Source: a virus. Taken from it: a stretch of DNA of 64,000 nt. The position numbers and the translations under genes were made by a program. Position 1 is the stretch's first letter, and every line of letters begins with the position of its first letter. The notes under the pieces were generated by a model. That model did no database searches, was not told where the DNA came from, and saw nothing but the letters and a program-made list of their open reading frames with translations. Of the stretch, positions 33,561 through 42,120 are shown piece by piece. The stretch is from positions 224,001-288,000 of the IMG/VR virus record IMGVR_UViG_3300045988_179268; one strand, written 5' to 3'.

Positions 33561-34220
33561 ATGGGTTTCCTTGATGAAAATGTAACTACCCCCGCAAACC
33601 GCAAACGCCCAGCAGACCGCGATAAAATTGCCGCCCTGCCGAAGATGTATAATGCGAAGGCTGTGATGGCGCGCATTCAGGATAGTCGCGAAGACCTTAA
33701 TGGCGATGGTACACTTACCCCTGATGCTATCACGAGCCTGTACCGACCTGACGCGGTAACCCTACGCATGAGCAAAGGCGCTAAACGAACTATGCCGCCT
33801 ATGCTATGGTCGGAAGACACTGTAAACGCCATCATTGACGCATACCCCAACCCTCTGCCGAAGTCTGAGAAAGAGTTAGAGGTTTTAGTTGTTCCCACTG
33901 CGTTAAGTAATAATTATGTGTCTTATCCACCAAACGATTCCACTAATAATTATCGCTCTAGAATGTGGGAAGCGCTGAATCTGCATCCTGTGTACAGTAA
34001 GATTGGTTCGCAGGGCATCGCAGGCTCCCTATACCGTGTTGCTGATGTCATTGAGGGCGTCTCTGACAGTGGCAAGGCGAGGGCAGAAATGGGTCTTGAA
34101 CCTATCTATAAGTTCCATAAGGATTGGGAAAAGGCTCTGTCTATCACTAATGGGCTAGTAGAGTCCATGAATACCCATTTTGATACTTTGGATAAGGAGC
34201 GAATCAATGACGGCAAATAA
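33561..34220 (+). CDS. hypothetical protein
   Basis: ATG 33561 after GAGGAGAG. Confidence 0.7.
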   Translation: MGFLDENVTTPANRKRPADRDKIAALPKMYNAKAVMARIQDSREDLNGDGTLTPDAITSLYRPDAVTLRMSKGAKRTMPPMLWSEDTVNAIIDAYPNPLPKSEKELEVLVVPTALSNNYVSYPPNDSTNNYRSRMWEALNLHPVYSKIGSQGIAGSLYRVADVIEGVSDSGKARAEMGLEPIYKFHKDWEKALSITNGLVESMNTHFDTLDKERINDGK

Positions 34221-35001
34221 GTACGCAGAAGTGTCGAATATCTCTGCTGAGGTGGCGGCGGTACTAACCGTTCTCACACCTGTCGGTGGAGGCGAGTACG
34301 CTGTTAAGAGGCATCTACTTGCCCTCCCTGATGTCTCAGATAGCCAGGCTTCACTTCTTGCCAACATTCCCCAGAACGGTAGCAAGAAGGGTTTCGGTGA
34401 GGTGACGGGTGCTAATCTGAATGATAAGGTGTATCACCTGGTGAAGGGCATCATGTTTTCAAACCCTGGAATCATTCATTCAGGCACCTCGACTATCGCC
34501 CGCATTGTAGGTCTGCATGGCTCACGCCAGGTAGACACAGATGGAACGGTTACTCTCAATGAGAAGTTCTACAGCGAAGGCGACCTGGTGTTCGTCACTC
34601 CTGTCAAGGTGGCGACTGTGCCATACGTGCGTAAAGATGCACTATCTATCTCCGGCTGGGTCGTGTGTGACACAAAGCAGAAGGACACTCACAACACTTT
34701 TGTGGTATTAGGTAAGCCTCCGCTGACTATTGACGATATGCCTCGCGGTCACGCCCCTATCATGCGTCTCACCAAGAGCCTACCCCATAACGCTCTTTTC
34801 GAAGCAGATGGCTCTCTGCGCATTGCATCACATGCGAAGGGGATTGCTGACGCTAAGGGTAGCTACCCGTTTACTAGGGTTGATAGCAAGTTCAGCACCA
34901 TTTCTGCGATTACTGACCCCGAGTTTGAGGTATTGCAGGATGATGACGGCATGATTGCTTACCCGGTATGGGTGACTCTTACTGACCGTGTTAATAATTA
35001 A
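34207..35001 (+). CDS. hypothetical protein
   Basis: ATG 34207 after AAGGAG. Overlaps the upstream gene end. Confidence 0.7.
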   Translation: MTANKYAEVSNISAEVAAVLTVLTPVGGGEYAVKRHLLALPDVSDSQASLLANIPQNGSKKGFGEVTGANLNDKVYHLVKGIMFSNPGIIHSGTSTIARIVGLHGSRQVDTDGTVTLNEKFYSEGDLVFVTPVKVATVPYVRKDALSISGWVVCDTKQKDTHNTFVVLGKPPLTIDDMPRGHAPIMRLTKSLPHNALFEADGSLRIASHAKGIADAKGSYPFTRVDSKFSTISAITDPEFEVLQDDDGMIAYPVWVTLTDRVNN

Positions 35002-35097
35002 ATTCTTTTACTTGTAGAGAAGTAGTGCGTTGCTGGCTCCAAATTATGCCCGTAGCGCGCTACTTCTCTAATGCTGTCCTATAGTATAATTTCTGGC

Positions 35098-36087
35098 ATG
35101 ACTGACAATATTTCCGAAGAACTTGCCAGGACTGGCACACGATACGCACCGCTGTTTGTCAGCTTCGCAAGCCTGCTACAGCATTGGGAGTGGCTTGACA
35201 TGGCGTGGCAAGCCCAAGTGAACGACTGGGAGGGTAACCCTACTGATGAGTCTGCTAAAGCATTTTGGGACTCTAGATACAAGTTACCTAACCAGTATCT
35301 TGACCTGGATTCGCTAAATAAAATTGATTCTTCTAGTGCGACAGTTGAGCTTCGCCTCGCGCGACATAATTGTTCTAAAGATGACTGTGACTCGTGCCTC
35401 CTACTGCATAAAGGATATGCTCATCTTATTGTAGAATCACCACAGCTGGACGTGCCCGCTTACTTAATGGAGCGTGCCCCATCACATAAAAGCATTGAGG
35501 TTGATGGTGATTTTTGGGAATTTAAGCCACGCGAATATCCACCTTTGAAGCTTACACCTGCGACAGGCGACGGATTTGATGTCCCTAAATCTATTTCTCG
35601 CGCCAATTACTCAAAGATGGATAAGGTTAGCGAAGCCCTGCAAATAACAGGATACTTTGTCATTCAAGATTCCGTATCGAAAGCTACTCCAACGATTTTA
35701 ACGGGTGATGATGACCCTCACCTTGTCATTACTGTCCCTTATCGCTCATACGTGCCTCGCGAAAGGGAAATTATGGTCGCATACATGGACAATTTGCCTA
35801 TACCTTATGCAAGACTTGATGGTGGCGAAGAGAAGCCGGTGGAAGTGTATTCCCCGGAGTCGCAGGTTGCACCTTACGGCACATACCCTCATTGGGAGCG
35901 GTGGTTCTGGGATTTGGAAGAGCGTCAGATTGCGCAGATACGTGCCGAGGCGGAGAAATCAAAAAGGCAGACTAAAGAAGAGTTGCCCACTAATGAAGAG
36001 GTAGCAGTTAATAATACCCAAGAAGTTGCCGAAGGGGAGAAGCTGTCATTTGGGCAGAAGTTCTTTAAGTTCATGTTCAATATTTAA
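35098..36087 (+). CDS. hypothetical protein (possibly leaderless)
   Basis: Track 35071..36087. No RBS precedes either ATG. A TATAAT at 35085-35090 places a start site at or near ATG 35098. Confidence 0.6.
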   Translation: MTDNISEELARTGTRYAPLFVSFASLLQHWEWLDMAWQAQVNDWEGNPTDESAKAFWDSRYKLPNQYLDLDSLNKIDSSSATVELRLARHNCSKDDCDSCLLLHKGYAHLIVESPQLDVPAYLMERAPSHKSIEVDGDFWEFKPREYPPLKLTPATGDGFDVPKSISRANYSKMDKVSEALQITGYFVIQDSVSKATPTILTGDDDPHLVITVPYRSYVPREREIMVAYMDNLPIPYARLDGGEEKPVEVYSPESQVAPYGTYPHWERWFWDLEERQIAQIRAEAEKSKRQTKEELPTNEEVAVNNTQEVAEGEKLSFGQKFFKFMFNI

Positions 36088-36092
36088 TAGAT

Positions 36093-36146
36093 AAATATTT
36101 CAGGCGAGACGCTAACTTTCTATTTAGCGTCTCGCCTGAAATATTT
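36093..36146. terminator. bidirectional hairpin terminator between convergent genes
   Basis: AAATATTTCAGGCGAGACGCTAA..TTAGCGTCTCGCCTGAAATATTT. Confidence 0.8.
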
Positions 36147-36148
36147 GT

Positions 36149-36535
36149 TTAGAAGCCGCCTACGCCTCTGTGAGAGGTTTTTAGGTGCGTAACGGGTTCT
36201 CCGTGCGCCTCGACACCCAGTAGTTCTATAATAGCCGCTTTCACTGTCTTTAACGTGCTGGCGGCTTTACGCCAGATAATGAGTGTGGAGTCCCTTACGA
36301 CAAGCGCGGCAACAAGCATCACGGCGGCGATACCTTCGCCAATAAACCATGCTGTCGCTAACATGATAAGGTGAACCTCTTGACCATTAGGGGCTGTGAA
36401 TAGGTATAAGTCCTCTGGAACGACTCTAAGGGCATGACTATAGATAAGCCAGGCAACAAATAGCAGTCCCGGCATATTTAACCCCACGAAGGTGGCGACT
36501 TTCTGAATGAGTGATAGTTCTTGGAGTTTCTGCAT
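36149..36535 (-). CDS. small multi-pass membrane protein
   Basis: Track ORF trimmed to ATG (36535) after GAAAGGA. Three hydrophobic helices. It is the only minus-strand gene in this stretch. Confidence 0.7.
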   Translation of the reverse strand: MQKLQELSLIQKVATFVGLNMPGLLFVAWLIYSHALRVVPEDLYLFTAPNGQEVHLIMLATAWFIGEGIAAVMLVAALVVRDSTLIIWRKAASTLKTVKAAIIELLGVEAHGEPVTHLKTSHRGVGGF

Positions 36536-36688
36536 AGTTCCTTTCAGTATTTTTAGATGATTTGCAGTATTGAGTGTATCACATATGTTGGCTGGTGGTC
36601 GAGGAGCCGTTTTCAGATGTGGTACACTCGACTTACTAGGCGTGCAGGTGGCGCACCAATAAATGAAATCTCTCAAGAAGGACAATTT

Positions 36689-37216
36689 GTGACCTACAAA
36701 TTCAATAAGCACCGCAAGTATGTGATGACTGACATCACTAAAGAGTTTATGCACCCCCGCTGGCATAACAAGCTGGTTACCGTACACCGGATTAGGGCAA
36801 CGCGAGACATTCCCGAGCGACATGTTGTAGCAGGACAGCTGGGAGGGTGGATTGAGTCGGAGCATAACCTCACGCAGGGTAATAACTCGTGGGTTGCCGA
36901 AGACGGCATGGTTTTCGATAACGCTGTGTGCATGGTAAATGCTCTAGTGTCGGGTAATGCGATGCTGTATGAGGATGCCGTACATCGCGGGATGTCGCTA
37001 CTTACTGACAATGCTCAGCAGTACGGATATAGTCAGACAGGTGGGGCTAGTGCGCTAGGTGGCAATATGACCGTTTCAGGTGGAGCCACGGTCACTGGAA
37101 CCTATAAGGATGTGCGTGACGCGACAATTTCAATGGGAACATACCATCACAATCCTTTATATGAACCTCACCTCATGCTTGAAGAGGAAAACATCTCCCC
37201 TGTATTCAGCTGGTAG
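36689..37216 (+). CDS. beta-helix repeat protein
   Basis: GTG 36689 after AAGAAGGA, downstream of promoter 36615-36628. Has left-handed beta-helix / bactofilin-like repeats (VSGNAMLYEDAV.., GGNMTVSGGATVTG). Confidence 0.6.
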   Translation: MTYKFNKHRKYVMTDITKEFMHPRWHNKLVTVHRIRATRDIPERHVVAGQLGGWIESEHNLTQGNNSWVAEDGMVFDNAVCMVNALVSGNAMLYEDAVHRGMSLLTDNAQQYGYSQTGGASALGGNMTVSGGATVTGTYKDVRDATISMGTYHHNPLYEPHLMLEEENISPVFSW

Positions 37217-37224
37217 TCGTTATC

Positions 37225-37254
37225 TTGCATGTAGCAGTATTTTTGTGCTACACT
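37225..37254 (+). promoter_or_regulatory. promoter (TTGCAT -35, TGTGCTACACT)
   Basis: Upstream of the isolated tRNA-Met. Confidence 0.55.
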
Positions 37255-37288
37255 TTAGGTTGTGGCGCTCTTTGAGAGTGACCACTTT

Positions 37289-37362
37289 GCGCCGTTAGCT
37301 CAGCAGGTTAGAGCAAGGGACTCATAATCCCTGGGTCGCGGGTTCAAGCCCCGCACGGCGTA
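37289..37362 (+). tRNA. tRNA-Met or Ile2 (CAT)
   Basis: Acceptor GCGCCGT/ACGGCGT, anticodon arm AGGGA-CTCATAA-TCCCT, T arm GCGGG-TTCAAGC-CCCGC. It lacks initiator features. Confidence 0.85.
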
Positions 37363-37410
37363 CTCCATGCAAGCAATACATAAACAAACTATCAGAAATC
37401 TGGAGGGGAC

Positions 37411-37545
37411 ATGCTTAATAACAGATACACGCGCGAAGAACCGCACACAGACAGCGGCAGTCACAAGCATCACCACTATATTGCACTCATCATTATTGCC
37501 GCACTAGCACTACTAGGCGTGGCAGAGTACCACGACTGGAATTAA
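37411..37545 (+). CDS. small membrane peptide (44 aa)
   Basis: Not in the track (<60 aa). ATG follows GGAGGGGA. His-rich N-terminus followed by IALIIIAALALLGV. Confidence 0.45.
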   Translation: MLNNRYTREEPHTDSGSHKHHHYIALIIIAALALLGVAEYHDWN

Positions 37546-37563
37546 CTAATTCAAGGACAAGAT

Positions 37564-38748
37564 ATGAGCTTCATTGTTAAAGGTAACAACTATAAGTACA
37601 CGGTAGCTACCCCGCGCTACATCACCAGTACTTACGCTATCCCCGAAGGTATCCAGCCAGCCCTATATAAGCTGACTGAGCAGGACGTTCCGCTTACTTA
37701 CGTTACGCGCAAGACGCATAACGCCGCAACCCGTAAGCCTGAGGAACGTATGCACCCTGTACTGTACAGCAACCCTGAGTCTCAGGCACCCTGGATGGTA
37801 TTGGGTGAAGAAGACCCTTACCTCATTAAGAAGGAGGGGCAGATTCGTCGTGGACCCGTTACGGTAGATATTGCCCCTGATGCTTTCACCAACCAGCCTG
37901 CACCTCTAGCCGTAGTTCTTGACGATACTGTTATCGAAAGCCCCTCGTCGTTAGGCTTTTCTCTCCCCAATGAACTTGGCTTCCTCTCAAGCTTTACATA
38001 CGCGACAGAGCCGTATGTGCTTCGTGGAGACACCTATGTTGGAGAAGAAGCGTTCCTCAATGGTGGCGTGTCTACTAAGGGGAAGGTTACTATCGGCAAT
38101 GCTTACATTGAAGCATCCTCACTCAAGGGCGGGAACATTAAAGTTGGCGGCGGCGCATACGTTGCCAAAAGCCGCATCAAGGGGAATGTGACCATCAACG
38201 GTATTGTCTTGGAAAACTCAACGCTAGACGGAAATATCAACTTCACCGTTCCAGGCAAGACATTCGACTACCAGAATGGAAACCGCCCAGACATGGATAA
38301 GGAACCCGTCATCGAAGGTTCCCGATACGTGTCTGACTTCATCAACCATAAGAAGGCACAGACGTTCTTCCAGCCGGAAACAGTCGAAGCACTATTCACA
38401 GTAAGCCGTGAAATTGTAGACAGCAACCAGCGACAAGCTACTTTCTGCCTCGATTCTGCAAACCACCGCAGTTTTTGTCGTTGTGCCATCTACTTGCCGC
38501 TGTACATTATGGCGCGTCCGGCGGCTATCCAGTACAACGCAATCATGAGTGGTGAGAGCAGTGTGAGTAAGCTCCCCGCCTGTCACCCCTACGAGTTTAT
38601 GACCGTAAACAGCCTCGAACCTCTACTGGACGCTGAAATTATGGCTAACTATAGTTCTAGTGCTATTGCTAAAGCTACCCCTGCTGATGCGACTGCATGG
38701 CGTAAGGCAGTTAAGAAGGTTACTGGCATCAAGCCGGTATGTGCGTAA
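37564..38748 (+). CDS. beta-helix + CHCC-motif family protein (paralog 1 of 8)
   Basis: Repeats GKVTIGNAYIEASSLKGGNIKVGGGAYVAKSRIKGNVTINGIV, then TFCLDSANHRSFCRCAIYLPLYIM. Confidence 0.8.
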   Translation: MSFIVKGNNYKYTVATPRYITSTYAIPEGIQPALYKLTEQDVPLTYVTRKTHNAATRKPEERMHPVLYSNPESQAPWMVLGEEDPYLIKKEGQIRRGPVTVDIAPDAFTNQPAPLAVVLDDTVIESPSSLGFSLPNELGFLSSFTYATEPYVLRGDTYVGEEAFLNGGVSTKGKVTIGNAYIEASSLKGGNIKVGGGAYVAKSRIKGNVTINGIVLENSTLDGNINFTVPGKTFDYQNGNRPDMDKEPVIEGSRYVSDFINHKKAQTFFQPETVEALFTVSREIVDSNQRQATFCLDSANHRSFCRCAIYLPLYIMARPAAIQYNAIMSGESSVSKLPACHPYEFMTVNSLEPLLDAEIMANYSSSAIAKATPADATAWRKAVKKVTGIKPVCA

Positions 38749-38755
38749 GGCGAAA

Positions 38756-39220
38756 ATGCGAGTAAACAGCATGGATAACCTCAATTGGACACCTGTTAAA
38801 ACGCATCGCCTAACACGTCACCGACTGCCTGTGAGCATTCAAACATCTCAACACGACATGCACCACACAGAGCCGATGCTGGAGCCATTCATCGGGGCAA
38901 CCACTATGGAGGCACTGTGTGTAGCATTGGGGGATGGTAAACCTTCAAGGTTTACTATCCTTCCCGTGACAGGCGATAACGAGTTCGGCACGATTACATT
39001 GCTTCCATCTGAGAATGTTTTAGCTGAACTAAACGATAACAATTTGTCGCTTCTAGTTCGGGTTGGCTCTACAGCTACCAAGTTTGTACACGAAGCTCAA
39101 ACTCGTGACGGCATGTCTCTAGTTATGTTTGCATCCCTTATTGCCCCTAAACAGGGTGGGGAGACATATGTGTTAGAGGCGTACAATATTATCGCAACTG
39201 GAGGCAACGGTCGCCGCTAA
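38756..39220 (+). CDS. hypothetical protein
   Basis: Track 38660..39220. I moved the start to ATG 38756, beyond the upstream stop. Confidence 0.65.
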   Translation: MRVNSMDNLNWTPVKTHRLTRHRLPVSIQTSQHDMHHTEPMLEPFIGATTMEALCVALGDGKPSRFTILPVTGDNEFGTITLLPSENVLAELNDNNLSLLVRVGSTATKFVHEAQTRDGMSLVMFASLIAPKQGGETYVLEAYNIIATGGNGRR

Positions 39221-39256
39221 AGATACTTACAATGGACATGTAGAGAGGAGGAGTAT

Positions 39257-39616
39257 GTGGGCACGATGAAAGCGTCAGATGTAGACCATCTACGCCATGC
39301 AGGTACACCGTGGCAACCAATCGCAACGAACTACAGCAGTAAAACAGTGCTTGTCCCCACTAATAACCCAAAAATCTACACAGTTTTCGATACAACAGAA
39401 GAACCCCATAAGCCCCTCGCTCACATTACTCGAAGATATACCAAAACAAAGGAAACTTGGATAGTTTATCCTGCCCCGGAAGTGGTAAAATATGAGAGTA
39501 TGCGGCATCGAATATCCCAAGGTATCCCTAACACCGAAAGTGTTAGTCTTGGAGTGGCGTATGCTAAATACTGTGGGTACCTAGAGTACATCCGTAACTC
39601 ACCCACCTTAAAGTAA
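39257..39616 (+). CDS. hypothetical protein
   Basis: RBS GAGAGGAGGAG. GTG 39257 or ATG 39266. Confidence 0.7.
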   Translation: MGTMKASDVDHLRHAGTPWQPIATNYSSKTVLVPTNNPKIYTVFDTTEEPHKPLAHITRRYTKTKETWIVYPAPEVVKYESMRHRISQGIPNTESVSLGVAYAKYCGYLEYIRNSPTLK

Positions 39617-39627
39617 GGAGTGATGTC

Positions 39628-39924
39628 ATGTCACGTTTCGGTTATTCTGCCCTTAAGAAGAACTCTCGCGTCTCTGGCGCATCGGCGGCAACCCGCCGTA
39701 ATTCCATCCGCCGCACATCTTCATCTGGTAGCTCTTCTAGTAGCTACTACTCAGGTGGCAATGACTGGTACGACGATAGCTACTCTAGTTATGATGATTC
39801 TTCTTCCAGCTACAGCTCTTCGAGTAGTTCATCTAGTGATTACTGCTCTTCCTCTGACTCATCTTGGAGTTCCAGCTCATCTTACGATTCTGGCTCCTCT
39901 GACTGTGGCTCTTGGAGTGACTAG
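39628..39924 (+). CDS. Ser/Asp/Tyr-rich low-complexity acidic protein
   Basis: ATG 7 nt after AAGGAG. About two thirds of the sequence is S, D, Y or W. An overlapping frame (39620..39928) is also open but lacks this RBS spacing. Confidence 0.6.
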   Translation: MSRFGYSALKKNSRVSGASAATRRNSIRRTSSSGSSSSSYYSGGNDWYDDSYSSYDDSSSSYSSSSSSSSDYCSSSDSSWSSSSSYDSGSSDCGSWSD

Positions 39925-39943
39925 CTAGACAACATATAATAGT

Positions 39944-39996
39944 TCGCCTGCAAACATGCTCTCTTTAGTTATACGGCATGTTTGCAGGCGAGTTTC
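39944..39996 (+). terminator. hairpin terminator
   Basis: TCGCCTGCAAACATGC..GCATGTTTGCAGGCGA followed by GTTTC. Confidence 0.65.
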
Positions 39997-40109
39997 ATCT
40001 CTAGAAAGGTTAGCTGACTGTCGCCAACTTTATTGATATTGCACCCATGCTTTAATATTGGTAATATTAGATACATTAGCAGTATTTTACGGATACCAGA
40101 TAGGAGGGC

Positions 40110-41711
40110 GTGTTGGCAAAAAATCAGACGTATAAAGCTTTCACTGTGCGCCCATCCTACATCCTAGACTTGAATGGCGAACTACTGGATAGCGCGCCTA
40201 CCATGTCTCGGCTTGTCTCTGAGGTTCGGGGCATCTCGACGTATGCAACCTATACGGTTCGTAATGATACTCAGCTTGCGGCTGACCTGGCTCAGGTTAC
40301 TGTTTCTCAGCCTGCGGTTGCTGGTCGTCGGGCTGGCGTTACTATTCCCCCTGAACTGGTAGTGAAGGGCAAGGTGTACAAAAACAAGGCGGGTAAGCTT
40401 GTAGAGGAAAAGGTTTTTGGTAGGTCGCGTAAGGAGTTGCTGTTTAGGCATCGCGTGGTCACTGAGCATCGTTCCTGGAAGGAGCGCGTTAAAGCCGCTA
40501 AGGGCACTTCTTCTAAGTATGTTTCGCAGGGCTGGAAGCGCACGGTGGATGCATCTGCCCCGTCGTATGGTGACGGTGATTTCATCAACTTAGGGGCTGT
40601 TGATAAGCAGTACGCGGTCATCGAGAACAACCCGGTTGTGGATGGTGAGATTGTTCTCAGGATGGTCATTCAGGGTCAGTGGTATCGACTAATTTTCACC
40701 TTCGACAACAAGCGGTTCCCTGAGGGAAAAGTCACTCTGCCTGTGGTAAAAGTAGAAAACAATCAGCCTGTTTTCATTTTCACCGTCGTGACCGATAATC
40801 CTATTGTCCAGTTTTCCGGCGACTACACTATCGGCGTAGACGTGGGTATCAACGATTACGCTACTGTCGTGGTTCGCAACACCAAGACTGGATGTATAGT
40901 CAAGGAAACCACCCTCTCACAGCGAGTCCACTCGCTCTGGAATAGTGTTCGTGCGTCTGAGAAGCAGGTAAAACAGCTCAACAAGAAAGCGGATAAGCTT
41001 CTTTATGACCGTCAGGCTCATATGTGTGCGTTTGATGAGGCGCAGTTGCACCGTGAAGCCGCATCTCGCAAGAAAAGGGAGCTGGCGATTCTTGCCGCAC
41101 AGGAAATCGCCTACTTGTCGCATCAGTACGACAACGCTGTTGTGGCTGTGGAAGACCTTGGTTGGGTTAGCAATACCATGCAGAACGGACGCTGGAATCG
41201 CGGCGCGTTCACCCAGTGGCTCAACCACTACGTCACTCAGAATGGCGGCTGGGTCGTTGCCGTAAACTCTGCAAACACGTCACAGTTGTGTCATATTTGC
41301 AATGAAAAAGTGACGCACCCTACTCATAGGGTTTCCCTCTGTCCTAAACATGGCGAGATGGATAGGGATGTTAATGCCGCCGCGAATATTGCCGCCCACG
41401 CCGCACCCAAGGTGGGGAAGGCGCGCAAGACTCGCGCGAAAAACCGCAAACTACAGGGCAAGGCACCGCTTAAAACCCCTGTCATCAGGGAAACCCTAAA
41501 GTATCCTGGGCGGGACAGGACTAAGAACTGCCCTACCCCAAAGAGAAAGAAACGCACTTCTAAGGGGGTGAATCTTCCCATTAGCCCCGCTAGAGTCGTT
41601 GTGACTACCGTACTAGCGGACTGGGATGCGTTCGGCATCTTGGAGACCGATATGGCGGCTATCAATCGCGGTAACGTAACTTACAAATGTAGGCTATGTA
41701 ACCTAAATTGA
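40110..41711 (+). CDS. large TnpB/Cas12-like RuvC nuclease
   Basis: RuvC-I TIGVDVGIND, RuvC-II VVAVEDLG, zinc finger CHICN..CPKHG, RuvC-III DRDVNAAANIA, and a Lys/Arg-rich C-terminal tail. The stop is TGA, followed by an open in-frame ORF. Confidence 0.8.
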   Translation: MLAKNQTYKAFTVRPSYILDLNGELLDSAPTMSRLVSEVRGISTYATYTVRNDTQLAADLAQVTVSQPAVAGRRAGVTIPPELVVKGKVYKNKAGKLVEEKVFGRSRKELLFRHRVVTEHRSWKERVKAAKGTSSKYVSQGWKRTVDASAPSYGDGDFINLGAVDKQYAVIENNPVVDGEIVLRMVIQGQWYRLIFTFDNKRFPEGKVTLPVVKVENNQPVFIFTVVTDNPIVQFSGDYTIGVDVGINDYATVVVRNTKTGCIVKETTLSQRVHSLWNSVRASEKQVKQLNKKADKLLYDRQAHMCAFDEAQLHREAASRKKRELAILAAQEIAYLSHQYDNAVVAVEDLGWVSNTMQNGRWNRGAFTQWLNHYVTQNGGWVVAVNSANTSQLCHICNEKVTHPTHRVSLCPKHGEMDRDVNAAANIAAHAAPKVGKARKTRAKNRKLQGKAPLKTPVIRETLKYPGRDRTKNCPTPKRKKRTSKGVNLPISPARVVVTTVLADWDAFGILETDMAAINRGNVTYKCRLCNLN

Positions 41712-41729
41712 TACGGTGCAGATTTCTGT

Positions 41730-41960
41730 ATGGATAACAACAATAATTTCCCGGTGTACGAGTCGGATAAGTACCCACGCCCAGCAGTAACCCCGGAAGA
41801 AGCTCTCGCCGTTGTGGAAGCTGGTATGGGTCTTGCGGGATACACATGCACCGACCCATACCTCAAGGAGCTACTGAGGCAGAGCGCGTATGGCGAAATT
41901 ACATTTGAGGAATACAGTGAGGCGTGTACTAAGTACATCCTTGGTGATGACCGCGCCTAA
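41730..41960 (+). CDS. small protein, possible VbhA-like antitoxin fold
   Basis: LAVVEAGMGLAGYTCTDPYLKELLRQSAYGEITFEEY resembles the VbhA pattern ..S.RLEG.ep.p......vvGEls.ed, but it lacks the inhibitory Glu. It is in the same frame as 40110..41711, with no stop after the TGA. Confidence 0.5.
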   Translation: MDNNNNFPVYESDKYPRPAVTPEEALAVVEAGMGLAGYTCTDPYLKELLRQSAYGEITFEEYSEACTKYILGDDRA

Positions 41961-42018
41961 ATAATTCCGCATATAGACGCTATTAGCGAGAGGGCATTTA
42001 CATATCTACCGCCAAAAA

Positions 42019-42054
42019 GCCTGGTGTGAGTGATAGAACTCACGCCAGGCTTTT
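42019..42054 (+). terminator. rho-independent terminator
   Basis: GCCTGGTGTGAG..CTCACGCCAGGC followed by TTTT. Confidence 0.8.
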
Positions 42055-42120
42055 AACATGGAATTTCACAACCATCTAAAAATGTGGTACAGTATAAGTA
42101 TTGGAAAGGAGGGTAACGGA

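Noticed and set aside
39620-39928. Alternative frame of the Ser-rich gene (102 aa, Leu/Ala/Thr/His-rich)
   Set aside because: Both frames are open because of the repetitive sequence. The 39628 frame has AAGGAG at the optimal distance. This remains uncertain.
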